This document shows, piece by piece, positions 1-12,204 of a stretch of 64,000 nt of DNA. The DNA is from Eremomyces bilateralis CBS 781.70 (taxonomy: Eukaryota): assembly GCA_010015585.1 (NCBI GenBank), contig ML975154.1, one strand, 5' to 3'. Under the pieces are notes generated by a model. That model searched no databases. It was not told the origin of the DNA and saw only the letters and a list, made by a program, of their open reading frames with translations. Both the position numbers and the translations under genes were made by a program. The first letter of the stretch is position 1; every line of letters begins with the position of its first letter.

Positions 1-443
1 TCTTCTTATCCAAACCATCAGCGAGCCAAGAATTGATTGAGCATGCTGCCTCGCGGACGTCCCTAAACTTCGTGACCTTTGCGCAGTCAATGTGTGAATT
101 CTGTATACATGATTCAGCAGGTATTTGATATTTCCCATTTGATGAGAATCGTAGGATGCGAATAGAAGAATCAATCGGGAAATTAACAAATGTTGATGGA
201 CGTCAGTGTGACCAGTGGCGACCCACAGGGGGGAATCGCCTCTATCCGCTCGACTTCCATAAGGCCGAACACGAACACCATCAACTACGTTTAACCTCTT
301 CACCACGCGCAGCATTCAACGAAATATTTCGTGCGAGTCGGCATTCCCACCACCTGCTCAATTATATATCATGAATTGGTGAATCTCTTTAAACATGTGA
401 ATAGAGAGTATTGCAGTTTTTTATTCCGCTCCAAACGCTTCTA

Positions 444-2713
444 ATGGCGTCGAAACCATGCCAAAACCTGCTGCTCAGCAGCCGGTTCAGTCGACCAAGC
501 TCCGTCTTGTCTCATAGACAGCCTATACGGTTGACGTCTCGATGTCCACGCCGATACTACTCCGATGGCTCCGACGAGAAACCGGATTTCAAGGGTCAAT
601 TGTACGAGAGCACCGCTCTCCGCGTCAAGAGAGAAAAGGCGCAACAACAGCGTCATGCGGAGATGCGCGTGCAGCAAGCGTCTGAGAAAGCCGCAACCTC
701 CCCATGGCAGTACGGGCTCCTAATTACGTTATGTACGTACCGACCGAAAACCCTCAAATGCCACCCCTTGCTCCAGAATATTTGCTAATTCCTGTGATAG
801 TCACCCTCGCCGGCCTCGGTTTTGGGTATAACTATGGCAGCACCTCCAATCCTCCGAACTCCGACTCCTCGACCTTACCGCTCTCCGAAACGCGCCCTCC
901 TGATTTGAATACTGATGCCACCTCCCTCCAAGCGGCCTGGGCTGAGATACGCAGCATCGTCGGCCCCGAACACATCTCCACCGACCATGACGACATCATA
1001 GCCCATGCCGGCTCGTACTGGTCTTCGCACAAACCCGAGGACCCCAATGCCGACAATCCGTTCATGATCGTGCGTCCAGCGTCCACCGAAGAAGTCTCCG
1101 CGATCATGAAGGTCTGCCATGCGCGTCGTATTCCGGTCACCGCATACTCCGGCGGCACGTCGTTGGAAGGACACTTCGCCGCGACGCGGGGCGGCGTCAC
1201 GGTGGACTTCATCCGTATGGACAAAATCCTAGCGTTGAATAAGGAGGATTTGGACGTGGTGGTGCAACCGGCCGTGGGCTGGGAAGCGCTGAATGACGTT
1301 ATCGGAGACGACGGATTAATGTTCCCACCCGATCCCGGTCCAGGCGCCATGATAGGCGGGATGGTCGGGACGGGGTGTTCGGGCACCAACGCATATAGAT
1401 ATGGAACTATGAGGGAATGGGTCTTAAGCTTGACCGTCGTCCTGGCCGACGGCACCATCGTGAAGACGAGGCAACGCCCACGGAAGAGCTCGGCCGGCTA
1501 CGATCTGACCAAGCTTTTTATTGGAAGCGAAGGAACGCTGGGTCTGGTTACCGAAGCAACGTTGAAGTTGACCGTCAAGCCACAGAACACCAGCGTCGCT
1601 GTCTGCAGTTTCGGAAGCGTGCGACAAGCTGCCGACTGCGTGTTCAGCGTGGTCGGTGCGGGCGTTCCCATTGCTGCGATCGAGATCCTCGACGACGAGC
1701 AGATGAAGTGTATAAACGACGCCGGAATGACGTCGAGGCAGTGGAAAGAGGCGCCGACGCTGTTCTTCAAGTTTGCGGGAACGTCATCCTCGGTCAAAGA
1801 GCATATCGCTATCGTACAGAAATTGGCGAAATCGACCGGCAGCAAGTCATTCGAGTTCGCCAAGAATGACGATGAGGCGAATGAGCTTTGGAGTGCAAGA
1901 AAGGAGGCTTTGTGGAGTGTGGTAGCAAAGAAGCGAAGCCTGGACGATCGAGTGTGGACGACGGACGTTGCGGTCCCGATCAGCAAACTAGCGACGATCA
2001 TCGAAGAGACCAAGGACGACATGAAGGCGAGTGAGATCCTTGGGACAATCGTTGGACATGTGGGAGATGGGAATTTCCACGGTAAGTTACACATTCATTT
2101 AGAAGGCGTTAGACACCAGAAGTTAGACCGAACGGTATCGCTACCTCGAACGCCGTCATGTGCTCATGAAGTATATGGGAGAATACATTAACCCCGTAGC
2201 CCATTACCCTCTCACCGCCACTGCCTCGCCTCAATCGGTGTACATACTGACGCGCTCCAGCTATCCTCATATATAATGCCAAAGAACAACAGGCCGTCTC
2301 CGGCCTCGTCCACCGAATGGTCAAGCGGGCTATCGAGCTCGAAGGGACTGCCACAGGCGAGCACGGCGTGGGTCTCGTCAAGCGAGACTACCTCAACCAC
2401 GAGCTCGGGGAGACGACGGTCGATTTGATGCGGAAGGTACGTGGATTTCGAGTTTGTCATCGGTGGTGCGCGCGCCGAACTTGCAGGTTGCTCGACCGCC
2501 GTCCGTAGCGAGGGTGGGATCCGCGGACGCGGAGAAGCGGGCACCTGCAGGGTCGAGGAGAATGATGCTGTGGTTCGAATCCGGGGGAGAGACATGTGCT
2601 GACGACGTGGTTTTTTGCAGTTGAAACGTTCGTTCGATCCGCTCTGCTTGCTGAACTGCGATAAGATCGTGCGATCGCAGCCGTTGAAGAAGGGGGAGGT
2701 GGAGGATTGGTAG
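444..2713 (+). CDS. DLD1: Mitochondrial D-lactate dehydrogenase (cytochrome), FAD-binding oxidoreductase type 4; 4 exons (444-732, 801-2081, 2261-2436, 2621-2713)
   Basis: Arg/Ser-rich presequence-like N-terminus; motifs YSGGTSLEGH, PPDPGPGAMIGGMVGTGCSGTNA, GHVGDGNFH, GEHGVG, FDPLCLLNCDK; three canonical GT-AG introns restore a continuous frame. Confidence 0.93.
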
Positions 2714-4053
2714 AAGGATAGGGCTTGAGGAGTGGTAGCCATGGACGCCTCCATTTTGTATAAATGATCACGGTAGTCCGTAGATATGGTAGATATGCCG
2801 TATTGCGGTAGGAGATTCTCCGTAGCGGCACACCAGTTGACAGCGAACAAGAAGTGATTATAAAGATTGAGACTGACGATGATGGCTCAATCATCAACCT
2901 AAAGAACCAATCTCTACCTTACATTTCAGCGGACATGCTCATCTTTATTATACTGGACATGTATCAGGATTCGAGATCTGACACTCGACCTTGTACCTCT
3001 AGCTCGAGTCAACCCGCACCCCACACTAAACGTCCGATGTGATCGAAACATGAACATGAACATCCGTCACCCTAGCATCCAATCAGCCCATTGATTTATT
3101 CTCCATCATCGGATTCTCCCAAATATAGCCGCTCCCATGCATCGAACGTCACATCACCCAACCCGGCGTCCAGCTCCAAGGCCTACAGGAAGACAGAACT
3201 ACATGACTGAGACTCCCTCTACCTGTCAAGGGAAATAGTACCCGCATGCGTGAAGAGCGAGTCACATCTCTCGTCACGGCGGCTACATCGAGGCGTAAGG
3301 CTGCGGCTTGGCCTCCCAAGGGCCCCCTTCCGCCCCTCACGCCGTTTCGCACCTCATCCAACATGCAAACTCAATCATTCCCGACCGCATTACAGGCCAA
3401 TCTTTCTCTCGCGTGCCTGAGGAGCTGAATCATGAAGCACTTTCGCTCCGACGATACAGTAAGCTGGTCCGCCTCGCATAAGAACGGTCCGCTCACCGTC
3501 AAACCAAGCGTCGCGGCCTCGCGCCGGGTTGATGAAATATTGGAGGTTGGTCGGACGAGTGTGGTGGCAGGTTTGGCGTATGCGCGAGGTAGAATGGCGG
3601 GCATGGGGGTCGCAATCCCCCGTCCAGAGGCTCCTTTGAGTCCGAAGTGTCAAAGCGCGAAAGCCTCAATGAACATGAAGGACTGTGGCTGTGGTTGGGC
3701 GATTCTGAAACGGCTGCGCCTTGACATTGATGTTGGGAGTTCATGCGAACGAGTTTTGAGTAGGCGTCTTGAGCGCCAATCAATCTCAGGCTATTGTGAT
3801 GCGAGCGAGCATCGACTGCATTGATGGCATTGTTTATTCCTTGCAGAGCTCGTTTTCAGACCTCAGGCTTCATCAATAATCAGCTATTATCTTGACAGAA
3901 AAGACGAGGGTCAGAATGGAAATACGAGTCGCGTTGAGCCGAGGGGGTCGTCTTTGGGGTCGGACCGTCGGGGGGTCCACAAGATGTGATCGACCATCGG
4001 GCGCTTAGGATCCGGCCAATCAAACCGGAATTCCTCTTCAAGGCAACCCCATG

Positions 4054-4079
4054 CATCATCATTATCATTATCATCATCA
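4054..4079. repeat. Imperfect (CAT)n microsatellite
   Basis: catcatcattatcattatcatcatca. Confidence 0.7.
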
Positions 4080-6459
4080 ACTCAACTTCCCAGCAGAACT
4101 TTTCAGTCAACAAAGGAAGAGCCAAATGAAATCGTAACCTCACTTTCAATCTGAACAGATCAAAATAATTCCAGCTGACAGATGACGAGACTCACTATAC
4201 GATTTGCTCTATTGTCCATCACAGAATTGAAGCGGCAAACACTCTTGCAAAGGTCATCATCATTAAACTCTTCAATCTGGTTCCTCATAGGTACCAGCAC
4301 ATGATTAACATAGTGCTCTCGCAATATAATATCATGATATCTGTGTTCATTACCTGTTTGATTCCCGGGTTTCCTTTAACTCAGTCTACAAACTGCGTAC
4401 TCCGTACTTCAAACCTGGAATCGTCCTTTGTCCTCCTCGATCTGCGCCGTTCAGTCCCACCCCGATCACGGGTTTTTCGACTAAACCAGTCCTGGGATGG
4501 ATCTTCTCTCTGTCTTACTTGGTCGAGATGTGTCCAAAGCCATTCTATATTATGAAGTCAAGTATCGCGTCCGAAGCCTATAGCCAGCCAAAGACAATCC
4601 AGGAGTACGCGCTCATATCAACAATCCATGGAGTGTTCGGCTTGGATGCGGAACCGATTGCGCAAGTTATATGAAAGTCTAAACTAGCAATTGAGTCGCT
4701 TTTATTTCGAGTCAGTATTCAATTCATATGTCATGTTCTTCATCCCCTGTCTATCAATGCTGGATGATTTTTCCGGCCCGGCGGGTTGAACATCTGGTGG
4801 CCTCATAGGCCGGCGCTAAGAGGACCAATCCCAGGGCGGATCCGAGTTGGTCCCCACCAGCCCCGCAGGTCCGATATCAAATCCAGCTGGAATAATGTTG
4901 AATGTGCAAAGCCGTTAAGGAAGGCGTGGTGGTCTTTGCTCCTTTGCCATGTTCCAGAAGGTGCCATGTGTATGTTCGGCTGACGTCGGTGAGGTTATGA
5001 TGCCTCAGTTTACTGTTTCCAGACCGGATGTTACACAGACAGCGTCGCTCAGTATCATGTTGTCCTTTTGAAAGAGTGGATACTTATCCTAAAGGCTATG
5101 TTAAAGCCTACGGACTTCAATGAGCGACTGAATACTCGGTGCACCGAATCTGTCTGAGACCTATCTATTATCCACCAAGATCAGTTATCTACAAGACATC
5201 CTGACCGGAGTCCTGAAGCAGTGATCTGTCAAATCGTCTTGCTGGTGTCGGACCAGCTCGTTGACAGGTCTATCGCACACTGCACGTAACCGCCGAATAT
5301 GGTGATAGAAGCAAGCAGATGACCTTTGTGCAGGACACCATCTTAGTCAACCATCTTCATGGTGAAAAGCACCGATTGGGTCACTGAAGTCGTCATCGTC
5401 AACATCGAGCAGGTCTACGATCGGGGGACCTGGAAGGGCGGCCGGGAGGAGCCTGAGCAACCAGCAGGGGTGTTAGCCATTGCTGCCCGGGAAACACAAG
5501 CTCCGTGCCCTACTCCGGCGAAGACTGCGGGCAAATTTTCCTTGTTGATAGGCTTGGACGTATAAGCATAGAAGCGGGGCAAACAAGAGGGGTCTGATGG
5601 AGGAGAAGAAGGCCGAAATGGAAGGACGGCCATATTGCGATTTACGACAATCAGAAGCCATGCAGTGTGATACGCAAGTGCGGGACCTGCCATCACATTG
5701 CCAATACACCAGGGCCACCCCAGCGATCAGCTGTGGGCCGGGGGTTAGGGGATCCCTCATTGGGCGGGTGTTTCCCGGTGATCCTGGCTCCACATGCATG
5801 TCGCCCACAACTCTCCCATCTCGCTCCATTTCCACCCACGAATCATCCTCTCTAACCGCCCAACTCCTCAACATCCCTTCAACATTACTCTCCGCCATGG
5901 ATGCACAGAAGCATCGCACAATGCACCACCGTGGAGGTGTGCATGGGACTCTGGACTACGATGGAGACCATGTTGTCGTAATCCTGCTTCGTTGAATCGT
6001 TACACTGCGACTGCATTTAAGTATCCCCCGATCCACCACCTTTGGATCGTTTCCCTTCTTTTCCCTTCAGCAAGCATCCTCAACTCCCAGAGTGTTTTTT
6101 GGTTTCCGTTTTTGTCCTTTCTTCTTCAATTGTCCTTGTTCATCGTCAGAGCCTGGTGCTCTTCAGTTCAGTTGCCCCATTGCATTTGTCCATACTTCTA
6201 CCATTATAATTTGAATCTCCGCCTAATATTCACACCCTCTCACCCAAAGCAACTATACAATCTTTAATTCTTCGTCGCTGGTCGACAATACGGCGCTAAT
6301 TAATTCACTCTTCTTGCTCAATCGAATCGTTTCAATCTCTTCAACGAATCGAGCCTGTCTTGCGGTTGATCTGCGACCCTCAGCAATTATTTTGACTAAT
6401 TCCACTCGATATAATACGATCACCACCGGAATCCAAGGTTTAATAATATCTATACCACG

Positions 6460-7292
6460 ATGTCTTCGTCGATCCAGATGGATTTCACTCTTCGCACGTC
6501 CACGAACGTGAAGACCGTTCATTTGCTTGGCTCTTGGGACAACTACCAAGGCCAGCTTCCGCTTTCGAAAGATTCCAGGAAGAAAGGTGGCTGGAAGGGA
6601 GCATTCAGGTTCCAGGGAGCGACTCTTGCGCCTGGCCATCGATACTGGTACTACGTATGTGCTTCTTGTCGACGGAATTGACTCATCAATCTCTAACTCT
6701 GACGCCTCAGTATATCGTCGATGGCTACCATGTCTCCCATGATCCTGCCAAGGACTCCACCATCGAGCCTACAACTGGCCGTCAACTCAATATCCTCGAT
6801 GTCCCCGCATCGACATACGCCAAGCCATCCTCCAGCTCCCGCCATTCCAAGCGCCATTCCCGGCCTATGTCCATCGACATCCCCAAAGGCCGGGCCGTCT
6901 CGCCCAGCAAGATCCGCTCGCCGCACCCCGTCAAACCCAACCAGACCCGCCACATCGTCCAAGCCGACTACAACACGCTTGAGCACCTGTCGCAGCAATT
7001 CAGCCACGCGACGCTGGATTCCTCCGATGACGAAAGCTCCGACGAGGACAGCGATGTGCCGTCTCTGACCAGCAGCCGCAGCAGCGCCTCCAGCAGCCCT
7101 AGCTCGCTGAGTAGCACCAGCAGCTGCTGTACGTGCGAGCGATACGGTATCACGCGCGGCGGCGACCGGGTCAAGTTGGACTGCGGTGGAACCCGGTGCG
7201 GGAGCGAAGGTGGGAGTAGCTGCTCGAGTGACAGCGAGGACGAGTATCGGCGGGGAACGACTCGGCGCAACGGGATGGTCGTGTACGACTAA
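6460..7292 (+). CDS. esdC: EsdC-like early sexual development protein with N-terminal AMPK-beta-type glycogen-binding domain; intron 6655-6710
   Basis: VKTVHLLGSWDNY...RYWYY|YIVDGYHVSHDP...TTGRQLNILDVP; Ser-rich middle; C-terminal CCTCERYGITRGGDRVKLDCGGTRCG, matching recalled Aspergillus EsdC. Confidence 0.85.
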
Positions 7293-8449
7293 ACGAGCGC
7301 ATCCCAGTTGCAGTGTTCTGTCTCCCTATTTCCTTCCTGGAGTCTTCGCCCGCGCGGCGTCTACCACATCGCCTCGCGCCGCAGTGGCGCAGGCTGACGC
7401 TCATTATTCGTGTTGTGGACCAACCCTCACTCCTTGCGAAGAGCACAAATATGTTTGATTCCATATGTTTCGACGATAGTTTCCTGACGAATCGTCCTAC
7501 CTTGCGATTACCTGGACTTCGACTCATCGTCACTCGGCACCCCCTTTCCTCGAAAGGAGGCGCCGACATCGATGATGGGCCGTTCGCACATCCAGGGCGT
7601 TCCTCACTTCCCCTGGTGGGAGGAACATGGAACGTCGGTGGTGGTTGAGGTGAAGAAAGATATGATTGCACGATCATAGATGGGAAGGTCAAGCAGCGCA
7701 GGCTTGACGTGGCAATTGGGCATCGTCGACTTGCTGTTCGACGGCATGAGCAGCCAGGCATACGGCGATGCAATTTTATCAAGGCATCTTGGGACGCGAG
7801 CCAGTCTGGCACGACCAGTCTCGGGGAGGGGGGATGGATGGGCTGGTGCTCTAAATGTTTAGGCAGATAGAGCAGCAAATGACAATTGGAGGCCTATCAT
7901 TTCAAGATTCATATCTTCGGTGCACGTGATGATTGGAAATGTGTCCCGTGGAACCTGAAAATCCCCTAGAAGCATAGGATGGTATCCTGCGTTTATTCTG
8001 CTAATAAATCATGTTCGTCTTTCTTGAGAAGGAATGCTATCCAAACTCCGAAGGGTAACGAAATAACGTCTTATCCACCGAGTCATTACAACATGATCCG
8101 CGGTCGATCTTGGGCTCCTAACAAGGGACCGGAACGGGAATTTGGCAGCGAGGTCATTTAAACCCCCAATTTATTTCCAGCATCGGACGCAGACAGATAG
8201 CGGTATGTCTTACGCCCTTCCGAGTGATAACTCTGATAATTACCATCCTAATACCCACGAGGACCTCAGCCCCCGGGATTGGTTTATGGGATCTATTATT
8301 CGCCAGCATATAGAAGGAGTGAAAATTTTGAAGCAATGGATTGGTGGTTTGAGATTCCTTCTGGCGATACTTTTCTTTGCTAAAGGCTAACTTATGTACA
8401 TGAATCGTTCAAAAGCCAAGGTCCGGCCTATGGCCCTTACGGTTTCAGT

Positions 8450-9411
8450 TCAAATGGGAATGACCTGGATACCTTCCAAGCCCTTCTTCTCCACTTGCCA
8501 CCCTGCTTGTTGAGCACCGTTACCAGTGAACCATTCTGCTGCTTGTGCATCACCTCGCAACAGCCACTTCAACCAGTTGGTGCCTGAGACAGCGAATTTA
8601 CCACCGTCAGTCTCTCTCCAGTTTGCCATGTGGCCAACATCGAGGTTGCCCTTCCATGACGGAATGTTACTGGGTAGATTTTTGTAATCACGCTCGCCCT
8701 AACGATGGATTAGCATGGACTGCGAGCTGCGGAGACCGGGCAACAATGCTTACGTTCTCGTACGCGATATCCGATCAACCACCAAGGAAGTAGAAGACGG
8801 GCTGTTTCAGTGTCGCGATTGTTTCCCGAGATGCCGAGTCGCTGAACTCTCCGGAGTTGAAGATCCCTATGGCCTTGACACGAGCATCGGTCGCGGTCTC
8901 GTACGCCTCCAGACCACCGCAGCTCTGTCCTGCAGCAGCAATGCGGCTTGCGTCCACATTAGCATGTTTGCCCTTGCCGGCGTTCTGAGTGATAAAGTCG
9001 ATCGATTGGAACAGCAATTTCGAAGTGGTCTGGCCCGAGCCACCTGGCTCGCCATTGGCAATGACGATGAAACCGTGAGAGGCCCACTCTGTCAGTGCCT
9101 GATCGAAGGAAGTACCGTCGGACAGGCAAGCTCCATTCCCCCAAACGAGTACAGGGAGCTTCAGATCTGCGGGAATCTCCTTGGGAAGATAGATGGTGTG
9201 GCCAGTTAGGCCTGGGTCAGTTGAGTAGCCCTGGATAGTTTAGTTGTTTTACTATGCCCTGGGCTCGAAGGATACTCACCGCTGGATAGGGACCACTGCC
9301 GCCAGTGCTCGGTCATCCGCTACTCCCGCCCAGTCCACCAAGTCCCCCAAGCTGAGGGGCGGCTTCGGTCGCCGCAGCCAAAAGACTGAGAAGGAGGGTC
9401 ACAGACTGCAT
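8450..9411 (-). pseudogene. Secreted alpha/beta-hydrolase gene (exons 9411-9280, 9230-8754, 8698-8450; 285 codons) with two in-frame TGA codons
   Basis: Signal-peptide-like MQSVTLLLSLLAAATEAAP; GGSGPYPA, LPVLVWGNGAC, ASHGFIVIANG, nucleophile GQSCGG, YFLGG*SDIAYEN, NLDVGH; canonical phase-0 introns; TGA at 9313-9315 and 8775-8777. Confidence 0.8.
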
Positions 9412-12204
9412 TTTGGAATGAATGGAAGAAGTGAAATCACAGAAGCGTGGGCTCTGATAGTTCAATTGGTCTATCGAGACTGTGACTAGAAGAACGGAGG
9501 AGGCGCAATCCTCGCTGGGAAGGTCCTCTTATATATCATATTTGATTCCGGAATGACAACAAGCATGCAAGAGTCTCTCTGAGCCTATACTTGTGACTTT
9601 AGGATTGCATTCATTTTAGTTAAAGTTCTTGGCGACCATCTTCGACGTCCTTGACGTCTTCCATATGGCTCTACGATGTGGAGAAGATATCTTGTGTCTG
9701 GTGATTTTACGTCAAATTAACAAGGATTTTGGTCTGGAAACCCTAATTGTGAGCTAGGCGAGCGGAATTCGATTCGGAAGAGGTTGTCCGCGAACCAGGT
9801 CTTGGGCGATCTGAGAAACAGTGTTTGGTTATGGAGAACATTATGGCAGAGGAGCAAGGGAGGATCGTCGTACCAAAAATGCGAGTATAAGACAGGGCAT
9901 GTCGTTCCGAGATTGCCCTGAAACTCACAATTGTCGCTTTGATTGGAGGTTGGGCCAAGAGGGGTCATGTTCGCTGACAGCAGTATTGCCATACATGGTG
10001 TACGAGATATATTGCCAAGATGGGACTGAGTTTAGTAGAATTGGGAGATGTAAACATAGCCCAGATTGGTGTTCCTACAATGCGGAATTGTGGAGACACA
10101 GTGACCACAGAGGTTAGGAACAGGCTATGGACTGGAGCAGAGGATTTTCTTCTGGCTTTAATTCTAAGGCAAATATAAGAAAGAAAACCAGCTGTCGTGT
10201 AATTTGCATGGGAACCATTATACGACATAGGAGCTAGCGAAAGCGCCGAGGGAGGCGTAGAGGCGGGGAAGGCGTTCTTACAGATGGTCATCGACGTGGT
10301 GTCGAAACGGGCATTCCACATAGCTATCAAAGGGATAATTAGGTGGGCAATTGAGGAACCTCAAACTCAACCGACCATCACACTTCCAATTGAATCCCTC
10401 TCATTCAACTCAAACCCAATTGAATCCCAATCAACAATTCGCGTTTCTCTCGCACGTAAAGTCAGCAAAGCACCGCATACCTAGCCCGGGGAGTCATCAC
10501 CCGACATTTTCGGTGTGCTTGGCTCGCCACCAATCTAACCATGTAATAGTCTGTAGCAGCCCGGGATCGGTTCCCGATACAGTAATACACATCGTCCGAA
10601 CCACATCGCGCCCACTTCAATTCCCATGTTTATGTCCCGGTTCACGATCTAGGTTACTTCACTCACACCGATCGGGAAAAGCGGTCCAGTTGGCTCCTGA
10701 GTCATGAAATCTAGGATTCCAAGCCCCGGAAAGACGGGTTCCTTCGGTACGCCAGTAGCCGAAGTCGTCGGACTTTATCCGATGGGCTCCACTGGCGAGA
10801 AAAGTTTTGCGGTTGGAGTTGACGGATGCGGTTGAATAATATGACGCATAAGTAAATTCGGTATTGTTGGCGGCGCTAATGGGGTTTGGGCATGTGGAGG
10901 GGACGAAGGGGAAGACGGATACTGGTGCGTAGTGCCCATCTCCCAGGTCATGATGTAAGGAATTAGGAGTTGGGGACTTGGACGATCAGGTCTTTTGACG
11001 CAGTCCTGCATCGGTTTGCGGCACCTGCTTGCATTATTAATCCGATAGAAGCTCAGCCGTCTGGGGCATGATTTCGTTGATATCAGGTTCAGACCTATTT
11101 GGCTACACTGGCTTACAAACATTGATGGCAGGAGGTCCCAAGTTACAAACTTGAAATTTGAAAGCCGGTGTCCTGAAATAGGTAGCTCTGGTCCCTGGCT
11201 AAGCTGATTTATGACCATTTAACAGGGGAATCGTCGTATAAATCTTCACTGGGAGCGCCAATGGATGCGATGCCCAACAGCAATCAATGCCGCATGGAAA
11301 ACGGCGTCAATCATGAGGAACTCCTTGTTCGGACATGGTCTCTGGAAGCATAGATCACTTTCAAACACCAATTACGTGCTTCGACAATTGCGTCAATTAA
11401 TCGGAAAGCAATAGACATTCCCCATCCATAGGACGTATTGAAGCAAGGCCTGAATGACCATCCTGCTTCGTAATCGAAAACTCCACCCTGCCTTACTGTG
11501 ACTGCCGACTGGATGCGCGTGGTAGGGCGCATGTCGGTTGCTTGACAAGTTGACAATCTCCCCAATGGCGATCGACGGTCGAACACCACGACTAAATGGC
11601 AAGCTTTGCCAGCCTTGTCAATTGTCATGGTTAATGGTCCCCACTGGCACGCTCTAACTGAATGCATTCAGACGCGCGAGTGGGAACAGGGCCGATCATC
11701 GGTGTCCACTGGCGGCATGGTTGTTGGTCTCATTGTGACTCAATGCGATATATTTCCTCTCAGGGTAAGGAGAAGATGCAGAAGGGTCTGCTGCCAATTA
11801 GAATATAAGACTCTTCGGACCCCGTCCTTTTGTTTTTGAATTGAAGCATTTATTATGAGATTGTCCATTGTTCTCTATCGTTACTCCAGCATTTCTATCT
11901 CCGCGTCTACTTGCTATCCACATTTGTGCCCAGAGTATCAGATACATCATACATCTATCACACAGCAGTCTGGTTGCTACCCCGCAGATCTCGGGAATTC
12001 TAGTCAACATTCTTAGGGCACCATATCATCACCTTTATCGATTGCATCGCAATCCCAACGTCGGTTCCTCCCCCTCCATTGCCTAGAGTTGGGTGGGCTG
12101 CCCAGAACGGTCCTCACCCAGCTGCTTGCGGATCACTCGTGAGGAGCTGCTTGGCTCTGTCCGTTTTATGACATATTTATCCAGTCATTTGTAAAAGTCC
12201 AACA

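Noticed and set aside
1..140. Possible start of a divergent minus-strand gene at the window edge
   Set aside because: Too short and truncated to support
2562..2603. Box C/D snoRNA in DLD intron 3
   Set aside because: Imperfect C box, only ~40 nt span, and the CTGA is the branch-point motif
832..2897. Long antisense ORFs over DLD (similar ones over ENA, the VWA, GPI and DUF4048-like genes)
   Set aside because: Shadow frames expected from GC-rich codon bias of the real genes
8150..8449. SECIS element downstream of the TGA-containing hydrolase
   Set aside because: No AUGA/GA kink-turn hairpin seen; the TGAs are not at Cys-like catalytic positions
9717..11667. Several 90-150 aa minus-strand ORFs
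   Set aside because: No recognisable motifs or coherent splice model; probably intergenic
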